In this document: piece by piece, positions 14,577-21,839 of the stretch
Layout of the letters: every line of letters starts with the position of its first letter
Position numbering within the stretch: the stretch's first letter is position 1
From: Thermoleophilaceae bacterium
Lineage (GTDB): Bacteria > Actinomycetota > Thermoleophilia > Solirubrobacterales > Thermoleophilaceae
Length of the DNA: 40,783 nucleotides
Assembly (NCBI GenBank): GCA_050693815.1
Contig: JBOGXS010000050.1
Location: 1-40,783 of the forward strand
Direction of reading: 5' to 3'
Notes under the pieces: model-generated
What the model was told of the DNA's origin: nothing
The model's input: only the letters and a program-made list of their open reading frames with translations
The model's database searches: none
Translations under genes and position numbers: made by a program

Positions 14577-14611
14577 CGTTGCCAACGATGAACCCAACGC
14601 AAGGAGGAAGC

Positions 14612-15007
14612 ATGAGCACCATCACGACCGAGCCGCAGCTGCGTGAGCTGATCGGGGCGGAGCGTTTCGCCGACGCCGTCCACGCGCTGCAAGCTCAAGA
14701 CCTCTCCGGATTCGGCCCCTACCTGATCGACCTCACGAACGCGGTGTTGACCCAGGTGGATGAGATCGACCTCACCGACCCGGACTCAAAGGACCGCTGC
14801 CATGAGATCGCAGACAACGTCGTGCCCGTCTACACGCACGAGATCATGGCGACCATCTCAGAGTCGATCGAGCTGGCGGCGGTAGAGCCGGAGCTTGGCC
14901 CGGCGTTCGACGGCTCGGCCACGCCCGTGAACGTCGCCGCCGCCAACATCTACGAGCTCGTATCCAACATCGCCCACCAGCGACTGTACGACCGGAAGGA
15001 AGCGTGA
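14612..15007 (+). CDS. acidic hypothetical protein (131 aa)
   Basis: I prefer the ATG at 14612 because AAGGAGG (14601-14607) precedes it; the track start at 14579 is a TTG. The sequence is rich in D/E. Confidence 0.55.
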   Translation: MSTITTEPQLRELIGAERFADAVHALQAQDLSGFGPYLIDLTNAVLTQVDEIDLTDPDSKDRCHEIADNVVPVYTHEIMATISESIELAAVEPELGPAFDGSATPVNVAAANIYELVSNIAHQRLYDRKEA

Positions 15008-15201
15008 ACACCACGGCCTGCCGCGACGGGCTGCGCAAGGCCGGCGCTCAGCGAGCGGATGCTGAGCGTCGGCGTGCGAAGACGATGGCGGACCTCGCCG
15101 ACTGGACACGCGCCGCCGCCGAGCAGGGAATCTCGATCGTGGAGATTGCCAAGCTCTCAGGAGTCAGCCGGCCGACAATCTATGAATGGCTGGGGCGATG
15201 A
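15004..15201 (+). CDS. helix-turn-helix DNA-binding protein (65 aa)
   Basis: GTG start in a GTGA overlap. The HTH is GISIVEIAKLSGVSRPTIYEWL. Confidence 0.6.
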   Translation: MNTTACRDGLRKAGAQRADAERRRAKTMADLADWTRAAAEQGISIVEIAKLSGVSRPTIYEWLGR

Positions 15202-15848
15202 GGCAGGGCAGCGGAGTAACCCTCGCGGTCGCGTTCTGCCTGCTGACGCCTGCGTCGGCGAGCGCTCATCTGCCCGAGAAGTTCGCAGACTGGCAGCAGG
15301 TCGCACGATCGGTCTTTCCGGCCGCCTGCGAGCCGGAGATCGACGCTGCGCATACAGAGGCGCCGCCTACACCCCACGCGAGAGCGTGGGCGAGGTCGCC
15401 TCTCCTGGGCCACGACCGATGCGAGATCGTGCTCGGGCCTCGCTTCCATCCGTTGACGCCGGACATGCAATGTGATGTCGTCGTCCATGAGTACGGCCAC
15501 TTGGCGGGGCTCCCGCACTCCGACGACCCAGCCTCGGTCATGCGCCCTGGCCGAGACACGGTGACGGTGCCCGCATGCAAGACCCCACCTTGGGAGCGAC
15601 GCTTCAGGGTCGGGCCTGAGGAGCGCATTTGGAGGCTCGAGCGCGAATACCGACCGCAGGAGATCACGGTGCGGCGGGCAGGGCGTGAGCTGGTGAGAAG
15701 GGATGGCTTGGGTTGTTTGCTGGCCTTCCGCGATCGACACGCGATGGTGCGCGTCTCGACCTGCGGGCCGACGCCGCGGCTCAAGGTTCAGACACGCTCG
15801 CGGACCGGCAAGCGCGTGCGCGTGCGCGTCGAGGTCTACGATGGTTGA
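15198..15848 (+). CDS. secreted matrixin-like (M10-type) zinc metalloprotease (216 aa)
   Basis: The ATG at 15198 forms an ATGA overlap. The signal peptide is MRQGSGVTLAVAFCLLTPASASA. The zinc site HEYGHLAGLPHSDDPASVMRP matches HExGHxLGLxHS....M.P, including the Met-turn. Confidence 0.75.
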   Translation: MRQGSGVTLAVAFCLLTPASASAHLPEKFADWQQVARSVFPAACEPEIDAAHTEAPPTPHARAWARSPLLGHDRCEIVLGPRFHPLTPDMQCDVVVHEYGHLAGLPHSDDPASVMRPGRDTVTVPACKTPPWERRFRVGPEERIWRLEREYRPQEITVRRAGRELVRRDGLGCLLAFRDRHAMVRVSTCGPTPRLKVQTRSRTGKRVRVRVEVYDG

Positions 15849-15862
15849 GGCGATGCAGCAGA

Positions 15863-15878
15863 GGGGCTGGCTAGCCCC
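15863..15878. terminator. hairpin between convergent genes (bidirectional terminator candidate)
   Basis: GGGGCT (15863-15868), loop ggct, AGCCCC (15873-15878). It overlaps the stop of the minus-strand HNH gene. Confidence 0.4.
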
Positions 15879-16083
15879 GTAGGCCGTCGAGGTTGTCGCG
15901 GCGGGTGTGGCAGGCGCGGCACAGCGCCATCGTCCGACTGGACAAGCTCGGTGAGGCGTGCGCCCAATCGGTGGCGAGGCGCCCGCAGCGCCGGCACGTC
16001 CCTCGCTTCGGGTGGGCGCGCTGGTTTCGCTTCCAGGTGCGCTGCTGGGCCTTGGAGTAGGTCGTGTGCTTGCCGCCGGGCAC
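15871..16083 (-). CDS. small HNH-type endonuclease (70 aa), terminase-associated position
   Basis: CRRCGRLATDWAH...LCRACHTRRD fits the CxxC...H...CxxCH zinc/HNH pattern. It lies directly downstream of the TerS-like gene. Confidence 0.55.
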   Translation of the reverse strand: MPGGKHTTYSKAQQRTWKRNQRAHPKRGTCRRCGRLATDWAHASPSLSSRTMALCRACHTRRDNLDGLRG

Positions 16084-16085
16084 GG

Positions 16086-16763
16086 CTACTCGCTCTTCCC
16101 CGGCTCGAGCTGCTTGTCGGGGACGACCTCGCGGGCGGTGCCCTCGACGGTGAGCCCGAACTTGCGAAGCCCCGCTTCGAGCTCCTCGACGCTTCGCTCA
16201 TGGCGTACCACGGTGATCGTCTCGTCTCCTCTGAGCTTCGATGCCTTGTCGCGGAAGATCCCGTGGGTGGTTGCGAGGGTGAGCAGGGAGGCGGCGATCT
16301 GGTTCGGCTTCAGCTCCCCGCCCTCGATCGCCTGTTTGGTCTTCTCCAGGGCGGTGTCATAGACCGAGGCGGCCTCGTCTGCGATCGCCTCCGCGGCCTC
16401 CGCGCGACGGGACTTGAGCTCGGGGCCGACCTCCTCTCTGAGCTGCGCATAACGACGAGACTGCTTTCGCATGAACCCTCGCAGCACCACCGGCGAGAAG
16501 GTGTAACCGACCTCCGCAAGTGCCTTGGAAGCGCGAGCGGCCGAGCCGCCTGCGAGAGCGAGGGCACGCAGGGCGAACTCGCGATCCTCCTCAGGGTAAA
16601 CGCTGGTCGACCGCTTCGAGGGCATCGCTGCGAGCATCCTCGCATCGGCGCGCTTGCGGGCCTTGTAGCGGCGGCTTTCTGCTCGCTTGGCGCAGGGCTT
16701 CGAGCAGTAGGTCTGGTGGGGAGCCTTTGGTTCGAAGGACTCGCTGCACTCGGGGCAGGTCAT
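16086..16763 (-). CDS. terminase small subunit-like DNA-binding protein (225 aa)
   Basis: ATG at 16763 (MTCPECSESFEPKAPHQTYCSKPCAKR, a zinc ribbon), then an HTH-like segment REFALRALALAGGSAARASKALAEVG and a helical C-terminus. An alternative GTG start at 16868 would form a GTGA overlap with the upstream gene. Confidence 0.45.
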   Translation of the reverse strand: MTCPECSESFEPKAPHQTYCSKPCAKRAESRRYKARKRADARMLAAMPSKRSTSVYPEEDREFALRALALAGGSAARASKALAEVGYTFSPVVLRGFMRKQSRRYAQLREEVGPELKSRRAEAAEAIADEAASVYDTALEKTKQAIEGGELKPNQIAASLLTLATTHGIFRDKASKLRGDETITVVRHERSVEELEAGLRKFGLTVEGTAREVVPDKQLEPGKSE

Positions 16764-16864
16764 GGGGGAGATCAACCTTGCAGCGTCAGGCGGGCCGATC
16801 CGCAGGACGTATAGGGCGGATCGCAAAGCCGGGCTGATGGCAATGTAGCAGGAATCGGCGACAT

Positions 16865-17362
16865 TCACGCCACCCTTCGCAGTCGATCCACCTTCGCCTC
16901 GGCTGCTTGGATTCGTCGCTCGATCGAAGCCCTCTGGCGGGTGAGGTCGACGGCGAAGGTGACTTCGTTTCGCTCGAGGATGGCGAGGCGCTGGGCGAGA
17001 GAGAGGCGGTCGCGGTCGGCGGCCCTCTCTGCTCGACGCTGAGCGTCACATCTGCCGGCGGCGAGGGCGAGCTGGTCGACGTACTCCTTCGAGGGGGCCT
17101 CGATCAGCTCCCCTCTCATCGCGAGCCAGGGCTTGTCGGTGTAGCCGCGGGTCGAGTCTCGGTGGGGGAGCCGGGGAGGGTCGCCGGCCTCGATCGCCTT
17201 TCGCACCCGCTGCAGGAACGCTTCGGCGCTGGCCGTCCGGTTCATCTCGGCGGCGAGCTTGCGCTTGTTCCACCCCAGGCGCTTGACGACCTTGGCTATC
17301 CCGAGGTGCTCGGCTTCGGCGAGCGGATCGGCGGGAGGCCAGGTCGGAGGGCCGTCAGTCAT
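16865..17362 (-). CDS. hypothetical protein (165 aa)
   Basis: ORF-track entry and the first gene downstream of the attP-like gap. The C-terminus is coiled-coil. Confidence 0.5.
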   Translation of the reverse strand: MTDGPPTWPPADPLAEAEHLGIAKVVKRLGWNKRKLAAEMNRTASAEAFLQRVRKAIEAGDPPRLPHRDSTRGYTDKPWLAMRGELIEAPSKEYVDQLALAAGRCDAQRRAERAADRDRLSLAQRLAILERNEVTFAVDLTRQRASIERRIQAAEAKVDRLRRVA

Positions 17363-17494
17363 TCCCCGCTCCGAGGCACATCTGGGGCACGTCGCCGCTT
17401 GTCATCGCGTGTCGCCAATCGCCACCCGTCACCATCGCCATGCCTGATCGACGGTATTCTAGCGGCACCGGCGGTCATTCTCGACCATCCGGCG

Positions 17495-17541
17495 CCAGCT
17501 CGACAAGCTGGAGGTCGCTGGTTCGAGCCCAGCAGCGCCCA
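17495..17541 (+). other. tRNA 3' half-like segment (anticodon arm to acceptor 3' strand); candidate attP core
   Basis: The elements in order: CCAGC/tcgacaa/GCTGG (anticodon arm, GAC in the anticodon position), aggtc (variable loop), GCTGG/ttcgagc/CCAGC (T arm with GGTTCGAGCCC), agcgccc+a (acceptor 3' strand and discriminator). No D arm or 5' acceptor strand (gggcgct) lies upstream. Confidence 0.65.
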
Positions 17542-17542
17542 T

Positions 17543-17570
17543 CCGCAGAGTCGGCTTGATTCTGCGGTTT
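17543..17570 (+). terminator. rho-independent terminator-like hairpin after the tRNA fragment
   Basis: CCGCAGA (17543-17549), an 11-nt loop, TCTGCGG (17561-17567), followed by TTT. Confidence 0.5.
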
Positions 17571-17692
17571 GGGTACGCCGGAGTCTGGAGGTCACCCTCC
17601 GTTGGCTCGGAGTCGGGTACAAATAGGGCACATCGGACGCCCGCCCTGAGACCTCCAGCTTCGGTGTGCCCTGGTCGCTCACCGCCTCCAGC

Positions 17693-18796
17693 TCAGCCAT
17701 CACGCTCTCCCTCAAGGGCCAGCTCCATCAGCCGCTCTCCGAGGAAGTGCCCGGCCTGGACGAGAACTCCGTCGCCGAGAGCAGACAATCGGGATCGCTC
17801 CAGCCCTGCGGCGCGCCGAGCATCCACTCCGCGAAACGCGCAGAGAGGCTCGGGCGGTTGGCCGTGTAGCGCGGCCCAGCGTTCGATCGCCCCGCCGAAG
17901 CGTCCCCATTCCACCGGTACTCCAAGTCGCTCAGCGTCGGGCTGGGATCGCGAGGGTTCGGCGCGGTCGCCTGCCTCGCTCCTTGGCCGTCTCCCTTGAC
18001 GGGCGTTGGCAGCAGAGCTATCGCCTCGGCCAGCATCGGCCCGCCGGTCCTGCTCGCCCCGCTGACCTCCGTTCCCGACCTCGCCCGCGCCATCGGGGTC
18101 GGAAGCAGCTCGACCACCCCCGGCAGCGACGGTCGAACCGCCGCCACCTCGCTCGGCGAGCGGTTGTGGCCGTTCGGCGTTGCGCTGGGCGTCGGCAGCA
18201 GCTCCTCCGTCTGCTGGGTGAGCATGATCCCTCCGCCCCGCTCTCTCGCCCCCCGACCCGTGGCCGCGTCTCGCTTCGCCACCGGCGTCGGCAGCAACGC
18301 AGAAGAGACGGTCGCGAAGGTGCGGGGCGCCGAAGGCGGCAGCGGGGAGACAGTCCCATGCGCACACATAGCCGAGCGAGGCCAGATCGCCGAGAACCTC
18401 TCCCCATGCCCGTCCAGGCTCCTCAGTAGGGACAGCGAGTAGGTTCGCCACGTTCTCGACGCAGACGAGCGGGGGCCGAAGTAGGCCAACGACTCGGGCC
18501 ATCTCCCGCCACAGCGCAGTCTCTGGATGGTCGAGGCCCGTTCTGCGACCGGCCGTGCTTGCCCCGCGGCAGGGGAAGCCCCCGGCGAGAAGATCGACGC
18601 GAGGCGCAGCGCCATCGACCTCTCGCACGTCCCCGAAGATCGGCACTCCGGGCCAGCGCAAAGACAGGATCTCTCGGCGCTCGGCCTCGGACTCGCAGAA
18701 GAAGGAGTGCTCCCAGCCTGCGAGGGAGAGGCCGTAGTCGAGCAGCCCGATTCCGCTGAACAGCGAGCCGACGATGGGCGTCGAGCGGTCATTCAT
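17693..18796 (-). CDS. DNA (cytosine-5) methyltransferase; conserved blocks are split between two reading frames (disrupted or recoded)
   Basis: This frame carries FSGIGLLD (motif I), GGFPCRG (IV), VCVENV (VI), GAPHLRDRLF (VIII) and LSALGDGVLVQ (X-like). The overlapping ORF 17728..18792 carries four LLPTP repeats and FAEWMLGAPQGW. Confidence 0.7.
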   Translation of the reverse strand: MNDRSTPIVGSLFSGIGLLDYGLSLAGWEHSFFCESEAERREILSLRWPGVPIFGDVREVDGAAPRVDLLAGGFPCRGASTAGRRTGLDHPETALWREMARVVGLLRPPLVCVENVANLLAVPTEEPGRAWGEVLGDLASLGYVCAWDCLPAAAFGAPHLRDRLFCVAADAGGEARRGHGSGGERAGRRDHAHPADGGAAADAQRNAERPQPLAERGGGGSTVAAGGGRAASDPDGAGEVGNGGQRGEQDRRADAGRGDSSAANARQGRRPRSEAGDRAEPSRSQPDAERLGVPVEWGRFGGAIERWAALHGQPPEPLCAFRGVDARRAAGLERSRLSALGDGVLVQAGHFLGERLMELALEGERDG

Positions 18797-19320
18797 GCCC
18801 CGCCATCACGCTCTCCCTCGCCCAGCGCCGCTCGGCCCGCTTCGGTGAGCACCCACAAGTGAGCCTCAGCGTTGTACTCGACCAGCCCGCGCCGGATCAG
18901 GGGACCCCAGCATGTCCCGTGAATGCCGCGGAGGCCGCTGAGAGGACGCCAGGCGACCTCCCTCCGGTCGATGGCTTCGAGGCTCGAGGCAAAGTTCCAT
19001 GATTTTCCAAATCCGCTTCCGTAGAGCCAGAGCAGCGAGTCGCGAATCTCGAAGCCCGCGTCCTCAATCCCCGAGGCAAGCCGGTGATAGGTGCGGGTGC
19101 CGCCGAAGGCGAGCAGGTGCCCGCCGGGCTTGAGCACTCGTAGGGCTTCGGTGGCCCACTCGCGACACCACTCCTGAAAGGCGTGCTGCGAGCGGTGGGA
19201 ATCCCAGCTCGCACCCATGAGTCTCAGCGAGTACGGCGGGTCGCAGACGACGGCGTCGATCGACGCGGCCTCCATCCCCTGCATCTGCTCGATGCAGTCG
19301 CCTTCGCGCATCGCGCTCAT
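18793..19320 (-). CDS. truncated N6A/N4C DNA methyltransferase-like protein (175 aa) with an unrelated C-terminus
   Basis: Present: VVCDPPYSL (motif IV), LKPGGHLLAFGG and LWLYGSGFGKS. There is no FxGxG SAM-binding motif. The C-terminal 60 aa (LIRRGLVEYNAEAHLWVLTEAGRAAL) look winged-helix-like. Confidence 0.6.
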   Translation of the reverse strand: MSAMREGDCIEQMQGMEAASIDAVVCDPPYSLRLMGASWDSHRSQHAFQEWCREWATEALRVLKPGGHLLAFGGTRTYHRLASGIEDAGFEIRDSLLWLYGSGFGKSWNFASSLEAIDRREVAWRPLSGLRGIHGTCWGPLIRRGLVEYNAEAHLWVLTEAGRAALGEGERDGGA

Positions 19321-19910
19321 CCCATCCCCCCGTGCCGATGCCAGTACCAGGTCTCGGGGTCGCGGCGCTGGCCCGACTTCAGCGGCTCGAGCCCGGCGGC
19401 GCGCAGCCCGGCGGACCAGGAGCCGAAGTGGTTGGCGACGTGCGAGGGACCCGGCCAGGCGCGGTCGCGATGGGCGGCGCGGACGCGGCGGGCGGTCTCG
19501 GGGCTAAGCCTCGCGAGCGTGGACGGAGCGGGGCACCAGTCGTACGCGCAGGGGGGTTGGCCGTAGAGCTCCACCCACTCGGCGAAGCCATCGAGAATCC
19601 ATTGACGCGAGAGGCTGCACCTGTAGGCGGCGTCGCAGGCAAGGCAGCGCTTGCCGGGTACCGAGCCTGCGTTGTAGATGCGCTTCTGACAGCCGACGCA
19701 GAGGGCGTAGACCTTCCGCTTTCGCGCCTTGGTCTTGGCCCCGGTGGGGTCGGCGAGCAGACCGTACGCATAGCTGCGAGAGATCCCCATGCGCTCGGCG
19801 ATCTCGACCCCGTTGAGGCCCTGGCGCCACAGCTCGACCGCCTCGGTGACCCGGCCGTTGGCCTCGCCTGCGGCCACGAGTCGGATCGCCTCGGCGTAGC
19901 GGCCGGTCAT
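19317..19910 (-). CDS. HTH protein with a homing-endonuclease-associated-repeat-like C-terminus (197 aa)
   Basis: The ATG at 19910 forms an ATGA overlap. The HTH is GLNGVEIAERMGISRSYAYGLL. There is a CxxC...CxxC segment, and WILDGFAEWVELYGQPPCAYDW...HVANHFGSWSAGLRAAG resembles the HNH-associated repeat. Confidence 0.45.
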   Translation of the reverse strand: MTGRYAEAIRLVAAGEANGRVTEAVELWRQGLNGVEIAERMGISRSYAYGLLADPTGAKTKARKRKVYALCVGCQKRIYNAGSVPGKRCLACDAAYRCSLSRQWILDGFAEWVELYGQPPCAYDWCPAPSTLARLSPETARRVRAAHRDRAWPGPSHVANHFGSWSAGLRAAGLEPLKSGQRRDPETWYWHRHGGMG

Positions 19911-20182
19911 TCGCGATCCTCTGGCGTGGCGAGTAGACCATCGAGTCGATCGACAGCGTCCTGCTCGACCGTCCAATGTTCGTACTCGACGTCGTCGTAG
20001 CTGAGGGCTGAGCGAATCGCCCGTAGACCCTCCCGCGCTCGGAGCAGGTCACCCGCCACCCGGTCGGCGGGCACGGTGGATGAGTAGGCGCCGTTGAGAG
20101 GGCAGTACGTCGGGCGATCCCACACGGCGCCGCATTCGAGGCAGATGTGGGCGTTGATCAGCTTCGGGGCGGACTCGGTCAT
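19907..20182 (-). CDS. hypothetical Zn-ribbon-like protein (91 aa)
   Basis: ORF-track entry. It has CLECG...YCP and an acidic C-terminus. Confidence 0.45.
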   Translation of the reverse strand: MTESAPKLINAHICLECGAVWDRPTYCPLNGAYSSTVPADRVAGDLLRAREGLRAIRSALSYDDVEYEHWTVEQDAVDRLDGLLATPEDRE

Positions 20183-20210
20183 GCTCCTAGATCGTCCTTT
20201 GCGGACTCGC

Positions 20211-20909
20211 TCACGTCGCCTCCCCTCGCCACGGCGCTGCGCGCAGCTCCTCGATCAGGGCCTCGGCCTCGGCGAGCCATGCCGCCGCCGCCGACTCCGC
20301 CGACTCCGCCGCCGACTCCGCCGCCGACCCCACCGCCGACCACACCGCCGACTCCGCCGACTCCGCCGCCGACCACACCGCCGACCATGCCGTCCACCGA
20401 GCCGTCGAGCACGCCGCCGACCTCGCCGCCAACGTCGCCGCCGACCGCGCCACGAAGTGCGCTCTCATGCGCTGCTTATGGTCACCGCGCTCGATGGCCG
20501 TGATTACGTCCTCGATTGCGTCAACAGCCTGCGCTCGATGCTCGTCGGACCAATGCGGAGCCAGCGGCAGCACCCGCTCGCGCAAGCGCCTGATCGCGAG
20601 CCGATCCAACAAGGCACCGACTTCATCCTCACGGTCAGCCGTATCCCCCAGGAGCATGTAGAGCGGCGAGAGCATTCGCGTGCGTTCGGCCTGATCGAGG
20701 AGTCCGTCGTTGATCTTGATTCCAAGGTCAGCCAAACGGCGGTCCATGCACGCAGGATGGTCGGGGTACTTGCCGACCTCGCCGGGCTCCCCGTGGATGT
20801 AGGCGATGCGAGCCGTCAGGCAGGCGTTCTCGAGGCCGCGCCCATTGCCCGCCGGGATCGGCAGGGCCTCGACTTCGGCGAGGCGTCCGGGGATCAGGGT
20901 TGTGTTCAT
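20211..20909 (-). CDS. hypothetical protein with a C-terminal S/A/W/E short-repeat region (232 aa)
   Basis: The ATG at 20909 forms an ATGA overlap. The C-terminus is ARWTAWSAVWSAAESAESAVWSAVGSAAESAAESAESAAAAW. Confidence 0.5.
   Translation of the reverse strand: MNTTLIPGRLAEVEALPIPAGNGRGLENACLTARIAYIHGEPGEVGKYPDHPACMDRRLADLGIKINDGLLDQAERTRMLSPLYMLLGDTADREDEVGALLDRLAIRRLRERVLPLAPHWSDEHRAQAVDAIEDVITAIERGDHKQRMRAHFVARSAATLAARSAACSTARWTAWSAVWSAAESAESAVWSAVGSAAESAAESAESAAAAWLAEAEALIEELRAAPWRGEAT
20284..20392 (-). repeat. imperfect 9-15 nt tandem repeats (GCCGCCGACTCC-like) within a coding region
   Basis: Visible run: ccgccgactccgccgactccgccgccgactccgccgccgaccccaccgccgaccacaccgccgactcc... It encodes the SAxxSA repeats of the 232-aa protein. 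Confidence 0.8.
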
Positions 20910-21118
20910 TCGACGGCCTCTCTCTCCGCGAAGCTCGCGATCACGGCTTCGACTGCTTCCAACACCCGTTCGGAGGGGAAGACGTAACCGGGGTTGTCGG
21001 CCAACAGCGGTACCGTTGCTGCTTCCGCCGCTTGATGGACGACCTCTTGGAGGCACTCGGCACCGCCCTCGCCGATCCATCGTGCGACCGCTTGCCAGTG
21101 CTCGGGGTTCTCACTCAT
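20906..21118 (-). CDS. hypothetical acidic protein (70 aa)
   Basis: ORF-track entry, ATGA-coupled to the downstream gene. Confidence 0.45.
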   Translation of the reverse strand: MSENPEHWQAVARWIGEGGAECLQEVVHQAAEAATVPLLADNPGYVFPSERVLEAVEAVIASFAEREAVE

Positions 21119-21147
21119 CGTCGGTTCCTCTCATTGACGTGTGCCCC

Positions 21148-21441
21148 TCAGCTCGGAGCCGTCAGGGCGTTCGGCCCTTCACCACACTCCAATCGCCAGC
21201 CAGCCTGAGCTTCCGGGTGATCCTGCGGGCACGCAATCGCGCAGATCCCGCAGGCACCGAAGCCGCGCTCCTGCTTCTCCTCGTCGGTCATGGCACGCAG
21301 GTAGACGCGATCGGCGCGAATCCTCACAGTCCTACCCCAAAATCCCGCCGCCACGGCTCTCGCCTGATTGCGGGTTCCGCCGGGGTAGCAGGCCACGTCG
21401 CCATCGTCATCGCCGTAGAGATCGGGCGGTAGCCTCTTCAT
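21148..21441 (-). CDS. hypothetical protein (97 aa)
   Basis: The internal ATG at 21441 forms an ATGA overlap (MKRLPPDLYGDDDGDVACYPGG...). Confidence 0.45.
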   Translation of the reverse strand: MKRLPPDLYGDDDGDVACYPGGTRNQARAVAAGFWGRTVRIRADRVYLRAMTDEEKQERGFGACGICAIACPQDHPEAQAGWRLECGEGPNALTAPS

Positions 21442-21839
21442 CGCGCCGTCTCCCGATCGCGCACCCGTCCGAGCGCCTTGCAGCGGGGGCAGGCTCCATA
21501 GACGTCCGCCACCGTGCCGTCGCCGAGCTGTTGGAGATCGCACTCGCACGGCTGGCGCTCGATGCAGTCGGCTGCCCTCTCGATCGCCTCGGCGCAGGTC
21601 GCTGCCTCGGCGTCGAGTGGAAGGTTGAAGGCCGCGATCAGCGTGCCGCGCAGGTGGCGGTAGGAGTCCTCAGCGCGCTCAGCGCGGGTGCGCCCAACCT
21701 CGACGTGGCGAGCATCTACGACATCGAGGGCCGTGTACCTGGCTTCCCCGCAGACCAGGCAGGGTTTCCCTTCCCTGGCGTATAGGCCGCGTGCATGGTG
21801 GTCGGGGCAGACGTAGATCGTGTAGTGCTGCTCAGCCAT
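21438..21839 (-). CDS. hypothetical Cys-rich (zinc-binding?) protein (133 aa)
   Basis: Internal ATG at 21839 (MAEQHYTIYVCPDHH...CLVCG...CECD...CPRC). It has an 8-nt overlap, ATGGCTGA, with the upstream gene. Confidence 0.45.
   Translation of the reverse strand: MAEQHYTIYVCPDHHARGLYAREGKPCLVCGEARYTALDVVDARHVEVGRTRAERAEDSYRHLRGTLIAAFNLPLDAEAATCAEAIERAADCIERQPCECDLQQLGDGTVADVYGACPRCKALGRVRDRETAR

Noticed and set aside
16764-16868. GTG start at 16868 for the TerS-like gene (GTGA overlap with the upstream gene).
   Set aside because: Not fully rejected. The 35 extra codons have weaker third-position GC bias and no recognisable motif, so I annotated from the ATG at 16763. The coupled GTG remains possible.
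17461-17541. Possible complete tRNA gene, suggested by GGTTCGAGCCC and an anticodon-arm-like palindrome.
   Set aside because: No 5' acceptor strand (gggcgct) or D arm can be formed from the upstream sequence. Position 33 of the putative anticodon loop is C rather than U. I treat it as a tRNA 3' fragment (att-type).
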